Shown: in pieces, positions 28,211 to 40,600 of the stretch | Numbering within the stretch: the stretch's first letter is position 1 | Layout of the letters: each line of letters opens with the position of its first letter | Source: the human T2T-CHM13v2.0 reference genome, Homo sapiens | Assembly (NCBI GenBank): GCA_009914755.4 | Contig: CP086569.2 | Coordinates: forward strand, 22,656,001-22,720,000 | Length of the DNA: 64,000 nucleotides | Reading direction: 5' to 3' | Notes under the pieces: model-generated | The model's input: the letters and a program-made list of their open reading frames with translations, nothing else | Databases searched by the model: none | Told to the model about the DNA's origin: nothing | Translations under genes and position numbers: made by a program

Positions 28211-28503
28211 TTGCTGTACATTTGTAAAGGGATAGACTGGGATGGGAATACTCTGTTTGGAGTCAGGGATGACCTGCCCTGAATTGGGAATGCCCTGTTT
28301 TGAATCAGGGCCTGGTCCTGAGTTTTGCCTTTTTTGGCTCTTTGTACACTCTCTTTTTGTATGTACTATCCGTCCACAATTATATCAAGATCCAGGGAAC
28401 ACTCATGTGCTTTTTGTTACCCTTAGTCCAGCCACTGCCTGAGAAAGGAGGTTGGCCTTATATAAGTGCCCCTCAATGCCATCACAGGCTGTAATATATT
28501 CAC

Positions 28504-28734
28504 TTAAAGTTTTTCCTCATTTAGATCTGCCTTTACCTTAATAGATCTAATTTCTGCCTGACATTCTGTATTCACATTTTCATAAACAAGCAGCTGAATG
28601 ATCACTTTCCTGGCACAGGAATTCAAAATAGCCTTTTGAGCATCTTCTTGCAAATGTAGCAATAAAATCTGGATAAATCTCCCTTGGGCCCTGTCAAACT
28701 GAGTTAAAAGAAGGATAAGTAGTAACAGGGTCAT
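28504..28734 (-). pseudogene. gag capsid C-terminal / major homology region fragment
   Basis: ..ARKVIIQLLVYENVNTECQAEIRSIKVKADLNEEKL versus HERV-K ..ARKVIVELMAYENANPECQSAIKPLKGK. Confidence 0.7.
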
Positions 28735-29481
28735 GAATTTTTTTCCTGGTATCTTCAGCGTATAGTTCTGAGCTGATCAACAGACTCATCACCCATTACC
28801 ATCTGTTGATTTACAGTACCCAATGCCTGTCTGATTCCAAGCAATAGATCAGATGTGATATTAATGGGAGGTTGGGCTTGAGCATGTCTGCATGCCTGAT
28901 TTGTTGCTTCATCTGTCCACCAGGTTTTAAAATGGAGAAACTGAGAGGGAGACAGGGTGGATCGAGCTAATCACTCCCAATCCATAGGTATTAAATGCCA
29001 GTTATAAGCCACAAATTGTAATGAGGAATGAACATAAGAAGAATTTGGCCCATATTGTCCACTTGCTTGCTTTAAATCTTTTTTAATATTTTAAAGGGAA
29101 ATGGCTCCCAGCATGCCTCAGCATGTTCTCTGGGCTTTTCAGCTGGAGAAATAATTATTGGAAACTGCCAAGCATCGAAATCCCCTATTTCTTGTGCCTG
29201 TCAAATGGATGCCTGAATTGCCACTGCACCATAATTTGTATTTGGACTGGCTGGATGCCTGAATTGCCCCTGCACCATAATTTGTATTTGGACTGGCTTA
29301 CAGTATTTTTCTCCCATAATTAACAGGTGGACAAGCCTGGATCATTCCCTCACTGTAACTGGCTGTTGGGCTGTTGAAGCTTCCCTTTACCATAGTCAAT
29401 GGTAGGTCATGCAACAATGGGAGCAGCAAGCCACGTCTCAGTCTCCCATTCCAAAAACTCATAAGGCTGAGGTGGAGGTGG

Positions 29482-29955
29482 TCATTCTGCACCTTCCCCT
29501 AAAGGCACAGTAGGGGGAACTGTTTCTTTCATATGTTTTTGGAAGTTAGCATATATTCCTTCCCATTTCGCCCCTTTTTTTTTTAAACTAGACAGTGATG
29601 GTTCACTTTGCTGATTATCAGACTCCTGATTATTAAACTTTTCTATGTCATCCTGAAACTTCTCCTTCTTCTCCTCAGTGTGGAAGGGCTCCAGTGCTGT
29701 TTTAATTGCTGACCACCCAGAGCAAGTGGAGAAGGGAATATTGTGGCCCTCTTGGTGTGCTCCTTTTAAGTCTGGTCCGATCTTGTCCCAGTCTTTTACA
29801 TTCATGGTTCCATATTCTGGGAACCAAGGAGAATACTTTTCTATGAGATGGAAAACAGAGGTGAGATTCTGAGTACTCATAATTACTCCTCTATGGCTCA
29901 ATAACTGCTGCACCAGGCTTAAGTAATTAGCAAACTTGTTTTCACCCTGACCCAT
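29482..29955 (-). pseudogene. gag N-terminal (matrix) region of the HML-type provirus
   Basis: ORF MGQGENKFANYLSLVQQLLSHRGVIMSTQNLTSVFHLIEKYSPWFPEYGTMNVKDWDKIGPDLK.. parallels the HERV-K Gag N-terminus (MGQTKSK..YASYLSFIKILLKRGGVKVSTKNLIKLFQIIEQFCPWFPEQGTLDLKDWKRIGKELK). Confidence 0.8.
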
Positions 29956-30110
29956 ATTTTCCTGAGGTTGCCCTGGAATTCTCTGAGAGCCCTACTGACC
30001 TATAGAGCGTGAGTGAAAAGGTACTCAGCTGTCCTTTGTCAGTCATCCTCCACTTTCCATGCTCTGGCTTTTCCTCACTGGATTATTTGTAGATATTATA
30101 GGGAGCACCA

Positions 30111-31008
<898 letters not shown>

Positions 31009-31735
31009 GAGAATGAGTTGCCTTGTTCTGGAGTCCTAGCAATGTTCAATGATTTCTGTCAGAGAACACAAAGCCTCCTGCAAAGTGCAAACATCCTCAC
31101 CCCCCAAAACGAGACCAAAACCCACAACCTGGCTTGTGGTCAGCCTACACTAAGTCCCTTGTCCTCCCTGAAATCCCTGGCAGCCAATAAATCTGTGGTG
31201 AGAGGCAGCCCAACTCAGCAAAAGCCCAATGAAAGACCCTTTCCACAATGGGGAAGGACATGCAGATGGAATGAAACAGAGTCTAGATTACCAGGCAAAA
31301 GCTAGAAATGGCTGCCTGCTTCTCCTCCTAAAGTTATCAGCCCTCTTGTAAAAGCTGGAGAGCAAGAGTCTCCTTGTTGGTGGCTGTAACAGGAATTTAT
31401 GTTTTTAAAATTATCACAGATGTCCAGTCATTAAAACATGACAGTGTTTAGAAGGAAACACTCATGCAATGGATTCTTTGAAGGTCATCTTCCATGAACT
31501 GGGAAATGTTTTATGTGGAAGACATTGAGCCAGACCCAGGAAACACTAGGCTGATGAGAAACAGGTAAGTCAGAATACAAAGAGGCAAGTGTGGAGGCTA
31601 CATCTTGCCTTGTATCAATGGCTCTTACTCCGATTTGGCTTCTGGTATGAAAGCCTTCATATGGGGGTTTGCCAGGATGGCCCAAATTTGCAATCCAAGT
31701 CTTCAAATGTTCCTTGCACATTGGAATACTCCCAT

Positions 31736-32198
31736 TGTAGTGGCATAAGCCATGGACAAAACCCTTCAGACACTGGCTTAAAGAAGGAAGTGACTTTATT
31801 CAGCCGGGAGCATCAGCAGACTGTGTCTCAAAAACCAAGCTCCCTGAGAGAGAGATTCCTGCCCTTTTTAAAGGCTTACAACTCCAAACGGCTCCCTGTG
31901 AAGGGGTCATGATTGATTGAGCAAGCATGGGGTATGTTGCTGAGGCTGCATCTATTGGTAATCAGGATAGAAGAGAACAAAACAGACAGTTTCACGATGC
32001 TTCCTCATACAGTGTCTGGAATCTATAGATAATACAAGCGGTCAGGTGAGGGGTTGATTTTTAATTACCAGTCCTGGAGTGTGGTGCGTGTTCCGTCTGA
32101 CAGTTGAATTCATTTCTGCCTTTCTTTAGGTTTTGATTCCTCTTTCTTTTTTTAAGGTATGAGACAATAGGAGAGGTGGTCTCCCTCCTTATTCCCCA
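31736..32198 (-). mobile_element. 3' LTR of the class I provirus
   Basis: Homologous to 37227-37680. Contains aaataaagccacttcc (poly(A)-signal-like) and tttaaaagg (TATA-like) in provirus sense. Confidence 0.7.
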
Positions 32199-32216
32199 CT
32201 TTGAGAATCTCACTTA

Positions 32217-32786
32217 TTAGTTGGATTTCTCACTCTCATCCTCCCTAACTAGGTCTTCCTGCAAGACAGATCTATAGTAGTTCATGTAATATACAGGTGC
32301 TGAAGCATTTTGGTGGACCAAGGCAGTAACAAGGCTTCTCATTATTTGAAGGAGTACAAGTAGCAAGCAGGGGAGAAACAAGCAGGTTCCTATTACTATT
32401 ATTATTCCTACTATGAGAGTTTTAAATCTTCCTAACACTGGGAACTGTTTTCCAAATATTGATCCTGGATCAAACCAATGTCAGTGGATATTTTTCATTC
32501 TTTTTCCAGGTAGCCAAAATGACAGTACGTGTGCAAGCTGTGTCCTATCTCTGATTATATTTTTGACCACTTGCCCTTGATGATCTATATACAGACAGCA
32601 ATTGGTTAGGTTAAATTTTCCACAGACCCCTCCTTCAGCTGCTAGCAAGTAGTCTAGGGCTAATCTATTTTGATAGATAGTGTTTCTTATCTGGGTTTCC
32701 TGCCAGGCTAAAAGACTCAAAGCTCTGCCTGTTTTATTAGTGATTATTTCTAAGACAGTGTGTAACTGTATGATTTGGTTGAGCAT
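32217..32786 (-). pseudogene. env TM of the class I provirus, with immunosuppressive domain, CX6CC motif and membrane anchor
   Basis: ..[58 protein letters not shown].. (gamma-type ISD LQNRRGLDLLTAE.GG.C ... CC). The downstream ORF has the hydrophobic anchor ..LIVGIIIVIGTCLFLPCLLLVLLQIMRSL... Confidence 0.75.
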
Positions 32787-32912
32787 GTAAATGGGGGTTC
32801 AGTATCCCCATGAGCCATCTTGTGTCCAAGTGGCAGGCACATAGTATTGTATGATTCTTTTAGGGAGACACTCGATATATTTCCATTTACCTATAGCTAT
32901 GCTCCTCTTTTC

Positions 32913-33560
32913 TCAGGAAGCATAGACTGGGAAGCCTATGAGTTCATGCGTTTTCATGGGCAGTAGGAAAAATGATGGTTTAATTGTGCCGATAACACAA
33001 CTACCTGCCCAGTGTTCAGGTAATGTGTATGCTCTATGCCCAGATATCCAGTATAGTCCAGCATGGGCTGTCCAGTCCTGATGAGACTCTGTGTGGGTCC
33101 ACATGGTTTGCAACTTTGGAAATTTACCAACAGATTTTTCTCAGTGTGGTTTGCACCCCACCATGTGGCTGTTTTTACTGTGCTGTTATACGGCATTTGC
33201 CGAGCTTTTCCCCAAGGCAGGTAAACCTTCCCACAGGGAGGATGAAGTTGTTTCCTTCTATAGCTATTCAATACTGCCCAATAATTGAGGTTCTTTGGAC
33301 CCAGAAGTTGCCAGTGTGAGTCTTCTGGATTGTAATCATATTGGGAATTGGATCAGTAGGCACTTATTCTTGGGCTTCTTAAAGCTATTGGTCTCCCATA
33401 GTGGTTCCCTCATATACATAAAAGGAAGAAACATTGAGGGAATGGACTACATTTTCTGCTAACTGCAGAAACAAATTCTTTGTCTTCCCTGGGAACTCTG
33501 GTACGGGCAGATTTAATTCATCACAGATGGTCTGAAACACTGGTTTGTGAGAACACATTT
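32913..33560 (-). pseudogene. env SU remnant of the class I provirus (degenerate)
   Basis: Minus-strand ORFs carry cysteine-rich SU-like motifs (..NFQSCKPCGPTQ.., ..AGSCVIGTIKPSFFLLP..). The assignment is weak. Confidence 0.35.
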
Positions 33561-34198
33561 TGACCTCTTGTCTGACTGAAATATTTACTCAAGGATCCAG
33601 TCCAGCTACATTGATCCCAAGAGTTACATGTTTTCCCTTTTTCCAGTGGGGGTATAGGGGACTGGTGATTATTGGTTCTAAGGTGTTACAGTGGCTGCTT
33701 GTGCAAGAGGAATCGCTCTTTCCTTTCTGAAGCCATACTGGATATTTTTCATTGTTTTTCCAGGTAGCCAAAATGACACAAGACCAGTAATTACATGCTT
33801 TGTCACATCAGCCTAACTCGTAGCAAATATACTTATTCTCTGCTGGATAACTTTTTTCTCAGTCTATACAGCCACATCCTTATCCTTCCTTGATGGTTAA
33901 TATTAATGGTGGCACAACCATCATAATTTAAGATTTTGTGTTTGGGGATTCATTTTTCTTCTGTTTTGCTATTGTTTTATTTGTATAACTTAGAAAAGGA
34001 AGAGTTCTTAATCTTGTTTCAAAGACTGTGATCACAGGAGATTCAGATGCGTTATAGCACATCTGAGTGAAGTTACACAGGCAATTTTCTTTTAAAGTTC
34101 CCAGGCATTCAGAATATCTATAAAAGAGAAAGATTGTTTTAACTTGTTTCCCTACCTCAGTAACATGATGAATACACAGGGAACAGTCCTCCATGTTG

Positions 34199-34290
34199 GG
34201 AACATGACAGGGTTTAGAAGGAAACACTCATGCAATGGATTCTTTGAGGATCCTCTCCCATGAACTGGGAAACGTTTAGTGTGGAAAACA
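34199..34290 (-). repeat. ~90 bp fragment of the host macrosatellite embedded inside the class I provirus, at the pol deletion point
   Basis: gaacatgacagggtttagaaggaaacactcatgcaatggattctttgaggatcctctcccatgaactgggaaacgtttagtgtggaa closely matches satellite positions 31434-31520. Both share the local variant 'ggattctttgaagg' of the flanking unit. Confidence 0.7.
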
Positions 34291-34395
34291 TCCACAGTAA
34301 ACATTGTATAATCAGTCTTTATTATACAAGTCCAAATTTTAAGGAGAATAAATCCCACCATGAGTTTTCTCATGCTTCAATCATGTGTAGACCAG

Positions 34396-34842
34396 TCAGC
34401 TTAAAAGTGTGACTGGAGCAGGACTTGTCATCTTTCTGAGTGTCACTTTGCAGTGGTTGCCTGGTCTTGGTCTTACCTCCCAGGTCTCAGGCACTGAAGG
34501 TGTTTCACGATGGTGATGGATCCAGGCTGTGTATGGGTTAGGTACTGTTGGATGTAAAGTCACTGTAGTGTGATTGACTAAGAACAAGTCCTGTATTGGC
34601 CTGTAGTCCTTGGTCCCTGGCTTGAGAACAGGCAAGAGGGGAGTGTTCCATGGTGACTGACAAGGGACTATAATTCCAAAGGCTCTCTGGCATTTGAGAT
34701 GAACCTGGCTGGATACCTTGTCAAGAGCTTGTCTGGGGACTGGGGACTGTCTTTGTCTGACCAGCTGGGCCCCAAAATTAACTTCTATGAGTATGGGGGC
34801 TTGGTTGACTGCGAGCTCTGGAGGCATATCTTTTGCCCACAC
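34396..34842 (-). pseudogene. Reverse transcriptase N-terminal fragment of the class I provirus
   Basis: ..[52 protein letters not shown].. versus MLV RT ..[50 protein letters not shown]. Confidence 0.8.
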
Positions 34843-34892
34843 CCTTGGCCACCACTTAGCCAGAGCTAGTCCTAGCTCTTGGCCTGGCTTAG

Positions 34893-35135
34893 TTAAGAAA
34901 AGTCTCCATTCCTCCTCCCGGGGTAGATAAGCGCCATAATGAACAGTGATTCAGGTGCCCCTACAGTACAAGTCTGGGGCAAGCAGAAAACTTGTTTTGC
35001 TGAGACCCCTGTGGCTCTGATTATATCAATAGTCTTTTTGGATAAAGGGGTGACCGGGGTGGTTACTACTGAATGTTCCACACCAGTATTGACAAGAAAA
35101 TCAATGTGTTTGCCCCTGACTGTCATACTGACCAT
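34893..35135 (-). pseudogene. Protease of the class I provirus
   Basis: ..KHIDFLVNTGVEHSVVTTP.. corresponds to the LVDTGA active-site context (DTG mutated to NTG). Confidence 0.65.
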
Positions 35136-35283
35136 GGGCTCATTGGGAGCACCTGAGCCCAGTTCCCCTCAGTCCAGTAAATCTTCTGCCAGATTAAACA
35201 AGGACACTTCATCCTTGCTTGAGACCTCTGGCTCAGGCCATTTTGTTTCTCTTTTAACTGGGGGCACTTGTCTTTCCAATGCC

Positions 35284-36167
35284 CTATTTCTTTACAGTAT
35301 GCACACTGGTTATGCTGCAGGTGTGGTTGGTCAAACTGGGTGTTTTTTTTCCAGGGCCTCCCTTTCGTTGGCCCTTCAGGTGAACCCCTCTAATAGCTGC
35401 GGTTAGGAGGTTGGCCTTTTGCCTAGCTTTGTGCTCACTTTCTTTGCAGTTTTCTCTATGGCCTGATGCATCTCTATTCACAAACACCTGATTGGCTATT
35501 TCCAATAACAGTGAAGTGTTTATACCCTCAAACCTAGCCTGTTTCTGAAGTTTTCTTATAATGTCTCCTGTGCTTTGATTAACTAAAGCCATGTTAATCA
35601 CGCATTGATTTTCAGGGCTTTCAAGATCAAAGGGTGTGTACATACAATAGGCCTCAACATCTTTCATAAAATTGTGCTGGACTCCCTTCTTTCCCTTGAA
35701 TGACCTCAGACACTTTGCTAACATTTCTGGCCTTCTGAGCTCTCTTCTTAACCCTTCTAGGATGCCTTCCCTATATTGCTTTAACCTTTCTATACCTTTC
35801 CCTGCATTTGGGTCCCACTGGGGGGTTGTTTCTGGTAATTGGATCCTCATGTACTCCTGCAGATTTGGTAACTGGCCAGAGCATGTCCCTCCAGCCACTT
35901 GGTTGCTGCCTGGAGCACCCTTTGCCTTCCATCTGTGTTACGGAGGTACAAAAGCAGCTGGTGGCAATCAGCCCAAGTAGGGTTGTGGGTCTGGATAATA
36001 GTTTGGAGAAAACCCATTAAAGTTTGAGGTTTTTCAGTATAAGATGGGGTATTATTTTTCCAATTTAGGAGATCAGCAGAGGTAAAGGGTTGATACAAAA
36101 AGGCACACCTTTTTAATATATGCCCATCCTCATCTACCCCACTATGCTGCTGCTCCCACAGGGGCAT
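35284..36167 (-). pseudogene. gag capsid region of the class I provirus (two overlapping ORFs)
   Basis: ..FLYQPFTSADLLNWKNNTPSYTEKPQTLMGFLQTIIQTHNPTWADCHQLL.. versus MLV CA ..[49 protein letters not shown]. Confidence 0.75.
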
Positions 36168-36566
36168 TTGAATCTCAGCCTTAGGTCATAAGTGAGCTGC
36201 CAAGGGTGCGGTTTATCCCATGGCTTCACATCCTCTCTTGTCTACTGTGGTGGCATAGGGGTGGGTGTGTGTCCTTCAGAGACACAGATGCTGTGGGCTC
36301 GGGAGTAGGGAGTCTCTCTTCTCGGTAAGGTTGGGGTATCATCAGTGCCATTTCCTGCCATGAGTCTTCTGATATTGGGTCAGACAGAACTTTAGGAGCC
36401 GACTTCCTTTGGCGGGTGGAGTGGGATCCTTCGTTGGCTATCTGTCCCATTGCCACTAGCACTGCTGCTGCTGCCTATCCTCTTAATCACTGTGCAGGGG
36501 GGTCTAAAACCAGCTATAACCAAGTGTCTATGTATGGGAACTTATCTGGGTGCCCTGGTTTACAGA

Positions 36567-36785
36567 TTACAATTCCTTTGAAACAAGGGACCTATCTAGG
36601 CTTCCTTCTGATGGCCAACCCACTTCTAATGCTTGCCTGTCTATCTCACACAAAGTTCTAAGTTTCCCTGATGTCATAGTAACTCCATAGTCTCCTTTAA
36701 ATCTCTTCTTGAAATTTTTCAACATAGTTCCTAGCAGGGTGGGCTTACTTTGTGTCTGATCCATTTTTCTCCCAAGAAAAGACAA
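36567..36785 (-). pseudogene. gag matrix N-terminus of the class I provirus
   Basis: MDQTQSKPTLLGTMLKNFKKRFKGDYGVTMTSGKLRTLCEIDRQALEVGWPSEGSLDRS.. has gammaretroviral MA-like features (MGQT.., ..LCE..WP..GWP.EG..). Confidence 0.6.
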
Positions 36786-37226
36786 TACTCACACTGCAAG
36801 AGGGAAAGGGTAAAAGTCACACACTCGTCTAATTCACACTAAATCAAGTAATTAAATCCAAGTCAAAATCAAAACCTAAACCAAAGTGCCAATAAAGGCA
36901 TGCCATGGGTATCAGGCCATGCTTCCGCTTGGAGTAGGCAAGTTCCCAAGACCAGCCATACTATGTTCCAGATGTCCAGACTCCAAGTGCCAGTTCCTTC
37001 CTGGTGTACAGCCACTGCATCAATCCTTTATGGGTGCCTGCTGTGCACTGCTCTGGTGAGGCATTCCACTGGGGCAATTGCCTACCCAAGAGCGCTCTCA
37101 GGATCCACGTCGCTCAAGCTGGATGGAGCCCTCCACAAGGATGCTCCACAGGGCAGACCTAAGCCACCTAATGGGCTGCGTCAACCTTCTGCTAATCACC
37201 TTGCTTCCCAGTCAAGGAAGTGAAAA

Positions 37227-37680
37227 TTGTAGCAGGAGAAGCCATGGACAATACCCTTCAGACACCGGCTTAAAGAAGGAAGTGGCTTTATTTGGCTAGG
37301 AGCGTCAGCAGACTTGTGTCTCAAAAACCAGGCTCCCTGAGAGAGAGATTCCTGCTCCTTTTAAAGCTTACAAATCTAAGGGGTCCATGTGAAAGGGTTG
37401 TGATCAATTGATCAAGCATTGGTATGTGGCTGGGCTGCATGTATCAGTAATCAGGACAGAACAGAACAGAACAGAAACTTTGACAATTCTTCCTCATACA
37501 ATGTCTGGAATCTATGGATAATACAAGCTGTTAGGTCAGTGTTGACTTTTAAGTACCAGGCCTGGAGTGTGGTGCCAGCTTTCTGACTATTGATCTCATT
37601 TCTGCCTTTCTTTAGTTTTTACTTCCTCTTTCCTTTTCTGATTTATGAGACAATAAGAGAGGTGGCATCTTTCCTCACCA
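37227..37680 (-). mobile_element. 5' LTR of the class I provirus
   Basis: Homologous to 31736-32198. gag begins about 460 bp downstream in provirus sense (MDQTQSKP.. at ~36763). No recognisable primer-binding site. Confidence 0.7.
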
Positions 37681-40600
37681 CCTGAACACTGGGCCATGGT
37701 GTGGACTACTTGTACAATTAAGGAAATGCAGGGATGGAGTTGGAATCACCTTCTGTGTCACCTGTCTTCATTTCTCTTCCAGGTAAAGTTGTGGAACCCA
37801 ATCCACCCCTTACCAGGTTGTATCCTCACCACTATCTGACCTTATTGCTGCTCACACTCTATGTCCCAGGATGAAATACCAGGATGATGGAGTGCCCCCT
37901 CATGACTTGAAGCACCTGCTTGGCTGGGAACTGAATTCGAGGTAAGTTCAAGGGGCCCTGTGGACAGTACTGCTAGTGTCTGTCCTTGGGTTGGCTGCAA
38001 GACAATGAAACACTGGGAGATGTTTGTTTTTTGTTATGGCTTTTTATTTTTTTGCAGTATTAGGTGATTAGGATGCCAGAGGTTCTTGGACCCCCTCCCA
38101 ATTCACTGAGGATTTATGATCCACAGAAAAAAAAGAGAAAAGAAAAAAACATAGAACACTGCAGCCCAAGCAGAGTCACACATATAGGCTACCAGAATGT
38201 TAGGACACTCAAAACAATAAAGCCATGTAGTGTGTTAGCCACATTTCTTTAAGTAGACTCTACTTACAGGTGCACACATACATACACACCCCCACACACA
38301 CAAATGCCACAAAAACACATGCAGACATCCAAGAGTCACAACACTGTAACAGAAACACGCAACCCGGCAGATCCTGAAGCTGCGTGGTTCTGCAGGAAGT
38401 CCTACCTGAGAGAGAGCAACTCCAGTGAACACAGGTGGGTTGTACCTAGAAACAACAGTGGGGCAAGTTACAAAAAGACTTACCCCTTCAATGTCTAGGC
38501 AGGACTGACAAATCCTGCAGATACTTTTGGATCCTTAGGGATTTTGCAGTTTTATCTTGGGGCTCTGCTTGACTTTTTTTTTGGCTGGCTCAACTCTGCC
38601 ATCTCCTAAGTTCATCAGACTATCCACTGGAACCCACAGAAAAGAGAGGTGGCAGTCCACCACCGATAAACCTCCATGGAGTTCTCCTTCTCCACCCAGC
38701 CACAGGGACTTTTGGCTAAGCAATGGTGACATTCATTGTGACACCAGCCAGAGCTCACAATCAGGCATTGTGCCCTGAGACATGCTTATTCCCATTCATG
38801 AGGCAGGCTCAACTGCCTGGCTATCAGAGCTGTCAGCCTACCTATACAGAGAAAAATGGTAGAGGCAGAGACAGTCTGGTATCGGTAAAAAGGCTGCCTG
38901 CAAAAATCCACTGCAGGACCCTAAGAGTCTCAATCTCAAAGCACCTTCAGGCTGTCTCCGTGGTCAGGTCCCCCTGGAGGTGGATGTGCTTCGAGACCCT
39001 GAGGTGGTTCCTGGAAACTGCATTTCTCACTCTTTTCCCAAAAGAGGCTGTGTTCCAGAATCAGGTCCCATGAAGATTGGAATATAGTCTGCTGTATTTT
39101 TGAGGGTTCTTTGGGTGATAGAATCATATCTGAAACCCCAGACGTGGCTGTCTGTGAGAGATGGCCAGGCTCTTGACTTCACTGCCTCCCTTCATCGTTG
39201 GCCTTGCAGGAGCTCTCTGGGGAAGGCAGGAACCACAACTAAGGCAAGTCCAAAGTGGAGCAGTGTTCTCACATCTTGCACTGACCTCTCATGGGTATGG
39301 ATGAGGTTGAGACAGTGTCTCAGAGGCCATCTGTGGTGATGGCAAGCCTGAAAACTATGTCCAGTAATTCTATCGAGGGGCACTGTGGATTCCTGAAGAA
39401 AGCACGGAAAAATCCAAGGCTCAGCTGAGAGAACAAGCTGCCTTGTGCTGGAGTTGAAGCAGTGTTCAATGATTCCTGTCAGAGGATCCAACAGCCTCCT
39501 GCAAAGTGCAGACAACCTCAGCCCCCACAATGAGACAAGGACCTGAAACATGGAGTGCAGCCAGCCTACCCAAAGTCCCTTTTGCTCTTTGAAATCCCTG
39601 GCAGCAAAATAATCTGTGGCAAGAGGCAGTCCCATCCATCAACAGCCCAATGAAAGAGCCCCTCCACAATGAGAAGGGCTTGCAGAAGCGCCATCCCATC
39701 CAGCATCAATCCATACCATTTCCATTTGTCTCTGGACATGAAATCCCTGAAATCCAGAGTTTGCCAGCATAGCCCAAACCTACACTCCAAATGTTCCTTG
39801 AACGTTGGAGTACTCCCACTGAACACCGAGCCATGGTGTGGTCTGCTTGCGCAATTAAGTGAATGTGGGTATGGAGTTGGAAGCAACTTCTGTGTCATCT
39901 GCATTCATTTTTTGTGTGTGTGGGTGAAGTTCCATGACCCCATCCACCCCTAGCCAGATTTTATCCTCACCCCTGTCTGATCTTATTGCTGCTCACACTG
40001 TATGTCCCAGGATGACATCCCAAGATGATGGAGGAGTTCCCCCTCACAACTTGAAGCACCTGCTCAGCTGGGAAGAGAATTCTAGATAAATTCAAGGGGC
40101 CCTGCAGACAGGACTGGATAGTGTCTCTCTTGGGCTTGGCCACAGGAAAATGAAACATGGCGGGAGAGGTCTACTCTTGTGTGAAGAGGAGTGGCTTTTA
40201 TTGCAGGGGTAGGTGATTTGGACCCTGTCAGGTCACATCCGCCTCCCAATTCACTGAGGATTCTTTATCCACAAAAAAATAAAGAACACAGAGTCACACA
40301 GCCCAGGCAGAGCCACATAGATAGGCCACTAAAAGATTGGAAGACTCAAACAAAAGATGCATTACAGAGTGTTAGCCACATTCATTTAAGCAGACTCCAC
40401 TAACACACACACACTCACACACAAAGGCAAAGCCACACACATAAGCAGACATCCGACACTCACAACAATCCCACAGAATCACACAGCCAGACAGCTTCTG
40501 AGGCTGCATGGTTCTGCAGAAAGCCCCACCATGGAGAGAGCAACCATGGAGTACACAGGTGATCTGTTCCTCGAAATCACACTGGGGCAAGTTTCTAAAG

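Larger units (their letters stand above)
31736..37680 (-). mobile_element. Gammaretrovirus-like (class I) ERV provirus: LTR-gag-pro-RT N-terminus-[pol mostly deleted]-env-LTR
   Basis: The LTRs (31736-32198 and 37227-37680, about 460 bp) align. In provirus sense they start TGGTGAGGAAAGATGCC.. and end ..GGCTTCTCCTGCTACA. Satellite sequence resumes immediately on both sides. Minus-strand ORFs match class I Gag, protease, RT and Env TM. Confidence 0.8.

Noticed and set aside
37180-37226. Purine-rich aaggaagtgaaaa next to the class I provirus LTR as a polypurine tract, implying + orientation
   Set aside because: gag, pro, RT and env ORFs are all on the minus strand, so this LTR is the 5' LTR and the tract lies on the primer-binding-site side. 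I treated it as coincidental and found no convincing primer-binding site.
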